Assembly (NCBI RefSeq): GCF_001194135.2
Contig: NC_068990.1
Span: 293,251 to 340,227, forward strand
Direction: 5' to 3'
DNA length: 46,977 nucleotides
Origin: Octopus bimaculoides
Taxonomy: Eukaryota
Shown here: positions 25,028 through 35,280 of the stretch, one piece after another
Layout of the letters: each line of letters begins with the position of its first letter
How positions within the stretch are numbered: the stretch's first letter is position 1
Program-made: the position numbers and the translations under genes
Notes under the pieces: generated by a model
Database searches by the model: none
Told to the model about the DNA's origin: nothing
What the model saw: the letters and a program-made list of their open reading frames with translations, nothing else

Positions 25028-25129
25028 TGGCCCATCTTTTAAACCAAGACAAAACAATGTACATGATAACATTTGCAATCAGTTAGGATCAAACGTCATG
25101 AGAGCCAGTGCCTTGTACTGAATCAGGGC

Positions 25130-25131
<2 letters not shown>

Positions 25132-25184
<53 letters not shown>

Positions 25185-25444
25185 TAGTTTTATTTTTATA
25201 ACGTGCTTTCACTTCACTACCGAGCGCAGCTCTGTGCGCCTTGGGTATGTGCTGTGGTTTGCTGTGGTGCTCTTATGTTTACTGTATTGAAAGTGTTTTG
25301 CGTAGAATGTGTGCAGTACCCAGTAGTGCAATTTTCTGTATGTTATATATATTTGTAAGTCCTGGTGTTTTTGTTATGTATTTGTCTGAATATTTTTTTA
25401 TTATACCTAAGGCACCTACTATGATAGGAATTGTTTCTGTTTTT
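25132..25444 (-). mobile_element. RLE LINE 3' end (ORF terminus, 3' UTR, (TAA)n tail), apparently little decayed
   Basis: TETIPIIVGALGIIKKYSDKYITKTPGLTNIYNIQKIALLGTAHILRKTLSIQ* is open; tail 25132-25181. Confidence 0.9.
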
Positions 25445-25989
25445 NNNNNNNNNNNNNNNNNNNNNNNNNNNNNNNNNNNNNNNNNNNNNNNNNNNNNNNN
25501 NNNNNNNNNNNNNNNNNNNNNNNNNNNNNNNNNNNNNNNNNNNNNNNNNNNNNNNNNNNNNNNNNNNNNNNNNNNNNNNNNNNNNNNNNNNNNNNNNNNN
25601 NNNNNNNNNNNNNNNNNNNNNNNNNNNNNNNNNNNNNNNNNNNNNNNNNNNNNNNNNNNNNNNNNNNNNNNNNNNNNNNNNNNNNNNNNNNNNNNNNNNN
25701 NNNNNNNNNNNNNNNNNNNNNNNNNNNNNNNNNNNNNNNNNNNNNNNNNNNNNNNNNNNNNNNNNNNNNNNNNNNNNNNNNNNNNNNNNNNNNNNNNNNN
25801 NNNNNNNNNNNNNNNNNNNNNNNNNNNNNNNNNNNNNNNNNNNNNNNNNNNNNNNNNNNNNNNNNNNNNNNNNNNNNNNNNNNNNNNNNNNNNNNNNNNN
25901 NNNNNNNNNNNNNNNNNNNNNNNNNNNNNNNNNNNNNNNNNNNNNNNNNNNNNNNNNNNNNNNNNNNNNNNNNNNNNNNNNNNNNNNNN

Positions 25990-26062
25990 CCCATGAGCAC
26001 TATCTTTTGGACTTCAGCCATTTTGGGGTTTCCTGGTATCTGAGCTAGGTAGTAATCAGCCC

Positions 26063-26063
<1 letters not shown>
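25990..26063 (-). mobile_element. Very short 5'-truncated RLE LINE fragment
   Basis: ADYYLAQIPGNPKMAEVQKIVLM parallels TKTPGLTNIYNIQKIALL. Confidence 0.7.

Positions 26064-26143
<80 letters not shown>
26064..26143. repeat. (TTA)n microsatellite
   Basis: Perfect array. Confidence 0.98.
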
Positions 26144-26146
<3 letters not shown>

Positions 26147-26157
26147 ATTAAGATTAA

Positions 26158-26378
26158 GGCACGAGCTGGCAGAATCGTTAGCGCACCGGGCGAAATGCTT
26201 AGCGATATTTCGCCCGTCGCTACGTTCTGAGTTCAAATTCCGCCGATGCCGACTTTGCTTTTCATCCTTTCGGGGTCGATTAAATAAGTACCAGTTACGC
26301 ACTGGATTTGATGTAATCGACTTAGTCCCCTCCCCCAAGCTACTCTTGTGGCAAAGATTTTAAATTATTATTATTATT
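26158..26378 (+). mobile_element. tRNA-derived SINE (family C) with (ATT)n tail
   Basis: A-box ctggcagaatcgttag, B-box gagttcaaattcc, central ttcatcctttcggggtcgat..aagtaccag domain. Confidence 0.88.
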
Positions 26379-26703
26379 CTACCTACCTACCTACCTACCT
26401 ACCTATTTACATGCACACGCGTGTGTGAAGATTTGTCCTCTGTATTCTCATGTCTTCACAAAAGGAGAAGATGTCATTAATATGTTATGATCCGACCGTC
26501 GCCAGTAGTCTGCCTCACAGCTATGGTAGGTAACATCACATGTTGCTGTATTTCATTCATTCATTCATTCTTTCTTTTATTATGGGATTATGTTTGCATA
26601 TTGGAAATTTTCACACGAGCATAGACCATTTTTGTAAAAGGTGTGCCCGCCTACATTCACAAATGTTTTGCATGCGTGTACGTGCTTGTGATGTGTGTAT
26701 ATG

Positions 26704-26765
<62 letters not shown>

Positions 26766-26828
26766 ACTACGTGATGGGCGCGCACGTGTTTGTGTGAGAA
26801 CGCGCGTATATAATCCAGAGTATAGTTA

Positions 26829-27350
26829 CAGAGTGTCTCAGGAAGATTTACCCACGTTTAAAACTCTTTCTAAAGAATATCGCTTCTGGTAATATTGTCT
26901 ACATCTTACATAAAAATTTGCAAAAGTTTTTTGTTCATGTGGCTTTTGTTTCGTTTATCTAAAACAATTTTGTAAACAAACATGGTGTCGAAAGCAAAAC
27001 ATGATCAGATTGTCGCTTTGAAAACAGCGGAAGTGAGCAAGAAGGACATAACAAAATAGTTAAATGTGTTCTGTAAAACTGGTCAATACTTGAAAACAAT
27101 ATATGGAGTCCGCTACTACCTCTAGCGAGCCAATTCCTGGTAGGAAACGATCAATTCGTATCAAATAAACTGTGAAAACGCGAAGGAACCGAAATCCCTG
27201 CCGGAGCGCAAGAAAAGCTGCAAAAGTTCTTGATATTTCGAAATCGTCTTTGCACAAGATTTTAAAAGACGATTTAAAGCTAACTGCATACAAGAAACAG
27301 ACTCGGCAGTTAATTTCAGCAGCTTCAAAGAAGAAACGGCCATAAGTTAA
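26829..27350 (+). mobile_element. Tc1/mariner-superfamily element 5' end (TIR plus HTH-coding region)
   Basis: TA|CAGAGTGTCTCAG at 26827; ATG 26982 MVSKAKHDQIVALK; PIPGRKRSIR; RNPCRSARKAAKVLDISKSSLHKILKDDLKL. Confidence 0.8.
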
Positions 27351-27675
27351 TCGTGATCAAGCAAACTTATGATCAATTGCATTCCATTCGAAGCACTCCA
27401 GTCTTTTTTAGGCATATCTAGAACTATATTATCTGTTTCTTAATATAGTTAATATATTGTTAATGTGATATTTGAGAGAAATATTTTCTGCTATTTTAAC
27501 ACATCAAATATGTGCGTGCATGTGCATAAACCGGTATTTGTGTAATGGGTGTGAGTATCCTGTTGTTACAAAAGACTATGTGCTTCATTATTGTTTTTGT
27601 GTGTGCACGTGTGTATGTGTGTGTGTGTGAGTGTGTGTGTGTGTGCGTGCGTGCGTGTGTGCGTGCGTGTGCGTG

Positions 27676-27722
<47 letters not shown>

Positions 27723-27754
27723 CGTATGTATATATAACTGTGTGCATGTGTTCG

Positions 27755-29900
27755 CCCAGGTAACTCCAATGAAGAAACCCTGGAATATTTTACAAATCTT
27801 CACTGTACCGCTAACCGACTGCATTTGAAAAATGCAATCACTCTGTTCTTTTTTGGAGAATCTTAAGGTTTCTATGCAGATCTTTTATATAACCCAATTC
27901 ACCCATGATGAAAGGTATATAAATGAAAAAGATCTATAGACAGGATATAAGAGCTGTAAGTTTCTCATTATTTCTCCATAAACGTTTTCCTTTTCAACAA
28001 TTCTCAACATGATATTCACATCCATTGGGAGGCTGAGCTCTACAACGGTGCATGATTTTTACTCCCTTTCCCGTACAATATCTGGCCTGTTGTGCTTATA
28101 CCGGACCACTGTCTGTATTGGAATGTTCTGCAAAGGTGTGAATACTTTCTAGATCTGGCAAAACTTGGACATGACCGCCAGAACAATCCTTTCTGCGTAT
28201 AGCACTGTCGATGATTCTAACGATAATGGTATGCTCCGACGGAAAGTGGCCTCTTGCGAATATTTTTCAAAAACTGCTGATATCGTCATCACTGGTATAA
28301 CACAATCGATATTTTCCATCACAATTTGGAGGTTTTGCGGTATAGCTGATCAGGTATTTAGAGGATATCTCTTGTTATTGGATATCAAAAGTGTAGCTTT
28401 TTCGGTGAGAGTGATGTATTCATTACATATCTAAGAGAGGTTACTATTTCTGTCATTAAACTATACCATAATGTTGTTGGTATTCTTTAGCTTGTGGGAT
28501 ATGTACCCATGCATAACTTTCTGTTGGTATGATGAGTATTTCTCCTCTAAACCTGCTTAAGTAGGTCAATCCAACTACTTTTAGTTCATATGGAATATGC
28601 GTACTCAGAATACTTGTTCAAAAGCTCTTCGCCTAATCTCACGATGTTATTACTTTCTCTGTTGCACATACACTCGATATACACATTTATCTCTTTAATG
28701 TACAGAGGTGTCATCTAAGTACACAATGCAGCATTCAAAGGCCGTCTGGACTGATCTTATGCTTCTACTTCCATCCCTCCGTTTACATAGGTCCTATCAA
28801 TGTCACTCTTAGTGCGGAAATTACCAGTCCTTGTCAGTATCTTCCTGGTTCTGTTGTCCAAGCGGAAGGTTTTTTTTTCACTTGTCTAGTCTGGCATCCC
28901 AAATGTTGATATTAACACTGATACTGCGAAAGCATTGCGGGATAGAGTTTTACTGAATGGAGAAAACTATGATCTCCGTACCTTTCGAAGTCTGCTGAAG
29001 CATTCTTCTGTCACTCTAGTTTTACTCACAGCACCAGCATATGCAATATTCCAGTCGAATCTTAGGTATTTATAACATTCATCACGGGTGATAAAGGAGA
29101 TAGAGCACTGGTATCCATATTCCCTACCTGGTCGATAAACGTTTGCCCCACACCCCGTTCACTTCTAAATATAAACGCTTAAGCTGACCAAACCATATTC
29201 TTATGTCATGCGAAAATGTTGTGACCAGTTCTAGCTGTCCCTTGGTGTCACGAATATTACTTAAATATGATATAAGTTTGTCAACCAAAAGGGTGTGGGT
29301 AATATTAATTTTCCTTTCGTCAACAGATACTAATATGTAATCCTTGCATTTCCTTAAGAGGGCTGATAAGAGGATCAATGCTGAGCAGAAAGGCATTGTA
29401 AATAAGTTGCATCTCTGTTCCTGCTGATGCCCTAATTCTGTTAGTGATTATAATGGTAACTTCAGTTCTTATAACTCTGTGGATCATGTTGCTGTCAGTC
29501 TTTTAATAACATGGACTATAACAGCTGGAACCTAAGTTAGGCGTAACTCTATTATCTGTGAGTGAAGAACAGAGACAACGCCTTGTAGATTTAGGCAGTG
29601 CTGTTTCGCTTCCTTAAGAACAACTTACTTGATGATGAGCTGTTCGATACAGTCCCAATCACTTTCCTTTTTTCCTGCAATCTGGGACTTTTTCGATAAT
29701 TAAGATTTTCATTTACCTTTCGTAGTTTGTATTTAAGAGTAATTAGTATGCTCGTCAGTTATTCTTGTCGACGGTTCCAATAGACTTTAAATAACCTATC
29801 ATAAAGTCGCAGCTGGTGGCTAGTGAATTTATTATTCATTTTGCATTTAATGATAGCGTTTAACTGTCCAATATTTTTCTGAACCTATCGGTATTAGCAC
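27755..29900 (-). mobile_element. Long, heavily decayed RLE LINE lineage 1 (RT to RLE)
   Basis: FCSALILLS..KINITHTLLVDKL..QLELVTTFSHDI; YKYL; KSDIDRTY; KHNRPDIV; QSVSGTVKICK. 5' limit uncertain, possibly about 30300. Confidence 0.8.
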
Positions 29901-30834
29901 GGAGAAAGCTAATCCATTTTGGTTGTTTCTTCTCATCACGATTAATATTTGTTATTCCCAGTTATTGGGGGAAAAGGTAATCTGAGTGCAGTACAGTAGA
30001 ACGTTCAAAGACCAAAGTTTCGAATTCTCGGTCACTGCAAGTTGTTTCTTAGCTTCTTGATCCATCATATATAACATCATGTCTGAAAGTTTTCTTTCTG
30101 TTCAGGTGGTGATTGTTTTCTCATGTAATAGCTTATTAGTGTAGGTGGCTAAGTTTTGATTGAATTTTGCCGTTACTTGTTTATATCCTTCACTCGTAAC
30201 TAGCGTTGTTCATGGTCAGCCTCTGCTCGTTCGCGTAACACTAACATCTTCATCTTACTCTTATTGTTATCGTATCAGTTGCAACCCGTGTTGTTTACAG
30301 TTTTCTCGGAAGTAGAGTTCACTTGTCTGGTTTGAATCATTTAATATACGATTTTGATGTTCTCAAGGAATAACAGCAAGTCATTCTCGACGAAAGCTGC
30401 TTGTCAACGTTGCTCTTTGGCATTGAAGTGCGAGTGGTTGTATGTATGTATGTATGTATGTATGTATGTATGTATGTAGGTAGGTAGGTAGGTATGTCAT
30501 CATTCAATTTTATTCCGAGGTTTGTTGCCAATAGAGAAAGAGCCAGTTTCTAACATTGTGGATGTGGGAATGAGTCAGTGTGTTTATATATGTCAGTGCA
30601 CTCACGTAAAGGGTGTGTGCGTGTGTTATTACTATTTATGTTTGTGCATATGTACATCATGTGCTCATGTGATTGTGTGCATATCTTTATTCCAAGAAAA
30701 CTCAAATGGAGAATCCTTGGAATGTTTTACAAAGTGTTGCTGTACCACCTTTCGATTGTGTTTGGAGGATGTGAATCTAGTTGCATGGATGTATGTATGC
30801 ACGTACGTACGCACGTATGTACGTAAAGGGGAAA

Positions 30835-31141
30835 GACTTCCTTCCGTCATAAATGACTATGGGACTGCACCTAGAAAGTTACCCTCTGAGGCACAAGTCT
30901 GGGCAAGGTTGCTTATGGAAGATCAGCAGTCGCCCATGCATACCACCCGCCCCTCTCCACGCCACTGATGTTATTCAAGGGAAAGGCAATGTTCGATACA
31001 GCTTGGCACCAGTGACGTCGCAAATCATTTCCATAGCTGAGTGAAATAAAGGGTCTTGCTCAAGAATACAACACAAACCTGGACCGGGAATAGAACCCAC
31101 TTCCTCATGACTGTGAGGCCGACACTAACCACTGAACCATA
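30835..31141 (-). mobile_element. tRNA-derived SINE (family D)
   Basis: Minus head tatggttcagtggttag...gggttctattccc, then ttgagcaagacc; body cagctatggaaatgatttgcgacgtcactggtgccaagctg. Confidence 0.85.
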
Positions 31142-31271
31142 CTTTGTATGCATACAAAGTACATAAACATTCATATGTATATATGGTTCAGTGGTTAGTG
31201 TCGGCCTCACAGTCATGAGGAAGTGGGTTCTATTCCAGGTCCAGGTTTGTGTTGTATTCTTGAGCAAGACC
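31052..31271. repeat. Inverted repeat, 90-bp arms (31052-31141 and 31182-31271), 89/90 identical, 40-bp spacer
   Basis: Direct reverse-complement comparison; perfect palindrome actttgtatgcatacaaagt at 31141-31160. Confidence 0.98.
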
Positions 31272-31339
31272 TCTGTATAATTATTATCAATATTTCCAGC
31301 GCGTGGGATTAAGTGTGCCATCAGATATTAATCATCCAA

Positions 31340-31540
31340 CACATATCCTTCACTCACTCCCGTGAGCCCTTGACCATTGGTGAGGCATAGACCATCGACC
31401 ATCTATTTCCCTCCAGTAATACCTGTATCGGGCCTTACTCTCTAATTACCTCCAAATCCATCAAGATCTCAAATTCTTTTCCAAGTCACGTTGACAGAAG
31501 TTCTTTGGCGTCCTTTTGTAGAATTCCCAGTATACTGAAA
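31340..31540 (-). mobile_element. Possible RTE-clade LINE 3' remnant
   Basis: Decayed GR.R.TW...EK.L..DR..WR-like segment. Confidence 0.35.
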
Positions 31541-31673
31541 GATAACTAAAGCAGCACTTAATAGCTAATAAAATATTAATTAAACTTCATTGAGTGGATG
31601 ATTTAGTATCTACCAACATTGTCAGTAATACACATATACTTCACTATAGCACTACACTTTCTCTGTCTTCCAC

Positions 31674-31711
31674 ATTCTCAGATGAATGATAATAGTCCGA
31701 AACGTCAGAAT
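31674..31711 (+). ncRNA. Minimal type I hammerhead-like motif (decayed; core CAGAUGA, GUC site)
   Basis: AUUCU-CAGAUGA-A-UGAUAAUAGUCC-GAAA-CG-U-C-AGAAU. Confidence 0.55.
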
Positions 31712-31949
31712 TCATTCTCCCATAGCAACTTATTGTTCTTTCTTCAGAATTCTCCTTGTAAAAGTTAGTGCGAGCTACAGTATTTACAATTGTCGGGGAA
31801 GGTCACGACGGGGTTGTTCAAATTACAAGAAGTACTAATTAAATTTCTCTTGAAATAAATGCAATTTTGGATAACGTAGCACCTGAGTTCCTTACAGCAT
31901 GATAAAAAATGGGAATGTCGTGGCTGGAATGTCTTTTATAAGTTTGCTT

Positions 31950-32300
31950 GATCAGCGCTGAGCCAGTACAAACAGCATCAACAACCATAGCAATCACAGC
32001 AAAACACACACACACACACACGTACGCACGCACGCACGCGCACACACACACACACACACACACATACACAAACAAACACATCAGCAAAAACAACAACAAT
32101 AGTAACTATAATAGCAATAACAACAGCAACAGTAATAGCAACTGTAACAACAACAAGGCTAACAACAGCAGCAATAGCAACAAACTGCAATAACAAACAG
32201 CAATAGCAACAACAATAAAACCATCAAGTACAATAGCAATAACAAAATTAGTAATAACACTAACAGCAACAACAATAACAACATCAAGTACAACAACAGG
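31950..32300. repeat. (CA)n plus degenerate (CAA/TAA/CAG)n tract
   Basis: Visible low complexity. Confidence 0.9.
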
Positions 32301-32526
32301 AGGTGAGAAACGTCGTCTTGATCATAACTTTTGATGTATATAGCATCATTGTTGTAAACTATTTGAAATTCAATAATATTCTCGTGATTACAGAGATCAT
32401 ACTGTGGCTGGAAATGGTCTCGTATTGAATAGCTTCTTTGTGTCTCAGAAGAGATTTTCTATTTCTTTCTTTTTGTAAATGGCTTAGTCAGAAGAGGAAG
32501 GAGTAACGTATATGTCTCTTTCTCAG

Positions 32527-32602
32527 AATTATCGAAGCTGATGGGCGGGAGAAACGACGTTACTCTCAGAACGGAGAGCTGGTCCGAATGCTTGCACTCA
32601 AG
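32527..32602 (+). CDS. Candidate internal coding exon (76 nt), product unknown
   Basis: Acceptor tgtctctttctcag, donor aag|gtatta; open frame IIEADGREKRRYSQNGELVRMLALK; higher GC than flanks. Confidence 0.25.
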
Positions 32603-33703
32603 GTATTAAACTGGAAGACAAATTATATCTACTAACCCCCAAAATGTGGTCTATCCAACGGGCTTCTATACAATCTCCGTCTTACAAATTTCATTCATAA
32701 AAGTTTGGTCGATCCAAGACAGTGGTAGAAAACTCTCGCTTAAAAGTCGTGCAATGGGACTGAACCCGAAGGTAAGTAGTTGCGGATTCCATCTTCTTAA
32801 CCACACAACCAGAGCTACTGCGACTACTTATATATAGATTGATGGTGGGTTTTGGCATTATAAGACTGTTTATCATGTGATTTCATGACAACAGCAGAGA
32901 TTTGTTTCGCTATCTTTAAACTGATCTTTCAATGAATCCCTCTTGAGTTAAGAAACATATGGTGTAGGCACAACATATTTTCATTGAGTTGCCAACAAGA
33001 CTTTGATTGAATCACTGCTGGTAAAAGGTCTGAAAGCACGAACTGGTCTATTGCAGTGCAGATCATAGTCTTATCTACATTGAGCTGCCACTGAACGGTG
33101 ATTGAATCATCTCAGTTAAGAGGTTTGAGAACGTCAGTTGATCTGGCGCTAAAGTTCAACCTTATTTAGACTTTGATGAATAGGTTTAAGATTCATTAAT
33201 CATAGAGATATAGAACAACATTTTTGTTGTTATAAATTCTGATATAGATAGTCCAGTAAAAAGAATTACACTGTGTAACAAAATTTTTATCTATTTATTT
33301 GATTCCGATTAGTAAGTGTTATTTCCTATTTGCTTCTATCTAGAAATCAAAGGAAACGACTACTATTCCCTTCAAACCTTGCTTTTGTGACCGGGACATC
33401 AATGTTTTGAAACTGACCTATTTTCCATTTCATTTCAGACAGAAGTGAGCGAATATTCTGCTCGATACCACAGATTTGTTTGTCAGTTGCTTGACCATAA
33501 CCACTTGAGTATATCCCTTAGTGGGTGACAGTATCCGCATCTCTGATCATGAGCAGGAGTAGTGGGGGAGCATCATAGCCATGTGTTGGGAGGGATTCTT
33601 TGGGGTTTGAATAAATTTGACAAAAGCAAAATTTGAAGGAAATATTAGCCATTTTACATACATTCTACAGGTAAGCAAATAGGAAATTACAGTTGCTACT
33701 CGA

Positions 33704-34025
33704 GGACAAAAATCATGTTAGACGGTATTATAGACCCATATATCTGTTTACATTAGTGTCACCGTCATCTTTTATCTTTTACCTGTATTTCAAAGGGCCA
33801 GCATTGTCACATTCAGGGTCACGTTGAATCTCTTTGAGAACTACGTTAAGGGTACGCGTATCTGTGGAGTGCTCAACCACTTGCACATGAATTTCAGGAG
33901 TAGGTTGTTTCGTTGATCGGATCAACTTGAACCCTCGTCGTCGTAAGCGACGGAATGCCAGTTTATTTATGTGTGCATATCTCTCTATCTCTCTATCTCT
34001 CTATCTCTCTATCTCTCTCTATCTA

Positions 34026-34057
<32 letters not shown>

Positions 34058-34073
34058 GCTCTCTCTCTCTCTC

Positions 34074-34122
<49 letters not shown>

Positions 34123-34145
34123 NNNNNNNNNNNNNNNNNNNNNNN

Positions 34146-34200
<55 letters not shown>

Positions 34201-34374
34201 AATATGTGACAATTATTCGGTTGCCATAATAGAGGCCCGAGTACGGTCTTTGTGATATCGAAGGATGGCTCATCTGGAAAATACAGGTAATACAGGTAAA
34301 AGATAAAAGATGACGGTGACACTAATGTAAACAGATATATGGGTCTATAATACCGTCTAACATGATTTTTGTCC
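33704..34374. repeat. Perfect inverted repeat, 86-bp arms (33704-33789 and 34289-34374)
   Basis: 86/86 reverse-complement identity; spacer contains a small N-gap. Confidence 0.95.
33782..33960 (+). mobile_element. 3' half of SINE family A
   Basis: gagaactacgttaagggtac...gatcggatcaac..gaaccctcg.cgtcgtaagcgacgga matches 3155-3332. Confidence 0.9.
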
Positions 34375-34446
34375 ACCAAGATCACAGATAGAACCTGCTT
34401 TTTATATTGTGTCCAGGTACAAGCATTTTCTATCTCTCTCTCTCTC

Positions 34447-34493
<47 letters not shown>

Positions 34494-34899
34494 CATATTT
34501 TTATATATTTTTATTGCTTTATATATTTTTACATATTTTTTCTGTACATTACCCTTCACCCTGCATATTTGTGCATGTACGTATAGAGACGTGTATATGA
34601 ACATAATTGTGCGCGTATGGGTGTATATACGTGTGTGTGAGTGTGCGTGTGTGCGTGTGTGCGTGTGTGCGTGTGTGCAGGTATGAATATGTGTACATGT
34701 GTTTGGTTGCATATATATGCATACCTATAGGCGCGTGTGTGCGTGGGTGTGCATGTATGTGTTTCACGCGAGTGAGTGAGCATATGCATATATGCACATG
34801 TACGTGGGTGTGCGTGCTCGCATGTGTATGTATGCACATGCGCGCGTACGCGAATTCTGTGAGTGTTTTTTTACTTTCTCCCCTTCGGTCTTTTTCCCT

Positions 34900-35157
34900 T
34901 TATTTAATGGTCATTCTAAAAGCTCTTTTGTTTGTCTTAATAACGGTCATCTTCATAGTAATTTCCCTTTGTTTAACGGTCATTTTCATAGCATTTTTGT
35001 TTGTCTTAATAACTGACAAGATGCGGGAGCATATTTCCGCTCCGACATCCGAAACTCGGAGTTTTATTATGGCAACCGAATAATTGTCACATATATTACA
35101 GATAAATTCCTCTATTTATATAATATCGAGGTCTCACGGTATTCCACAACTTTACTT

Positions 35158-35192
<35 letters not shown>

Positions 35193-35280
35193 TAATAATA
35201 GTATGACAACAAAAGAATGAATGAGTCCTCGATATTATGTAAATAGAGGAATTTATCTGTAATATATGTGACAATTATCC
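34900..35280 (+). mobile_element. Penelope-like terminal repeat region with hammerhead motif and inverted partial copy
   Basis: Hammerhead fold at 35007-35069; 52-bp IR 35080-35131 vs 35227-35278 around (TA)n. Confidence 0.55.
35007..35069 (+). ncRNA. Type I hammerhead-ribozyme-like motif (G8 missing)
   Basis: UAAUAA-CUGACAA-GAUG[CGGGAGC-AUAUUUCC-GCUCCG-A]CAUC-C-GAAA-CUC-G-GAG-U-U-UUAUUA: 6-bp stem I, long stem II, near-palindromic stem III. Confidence 0.7.

Noticed and set aside
2954-31271. tRNA genes at A/B-box-containing segments
   Set aside because: No full cloverleaf or acceptor stem; each continues into a SINE body
32538-32562. CUGAUGG...GAAACGACGUU hammerhead-like string
   Set aside because: Core mismatch and no stem I or II pairing
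33600-33676. Exon ending at the strong donor cag|gtaagc
   Set aside because: No convincing acceptor; upstream sequence is a dispersed repeat
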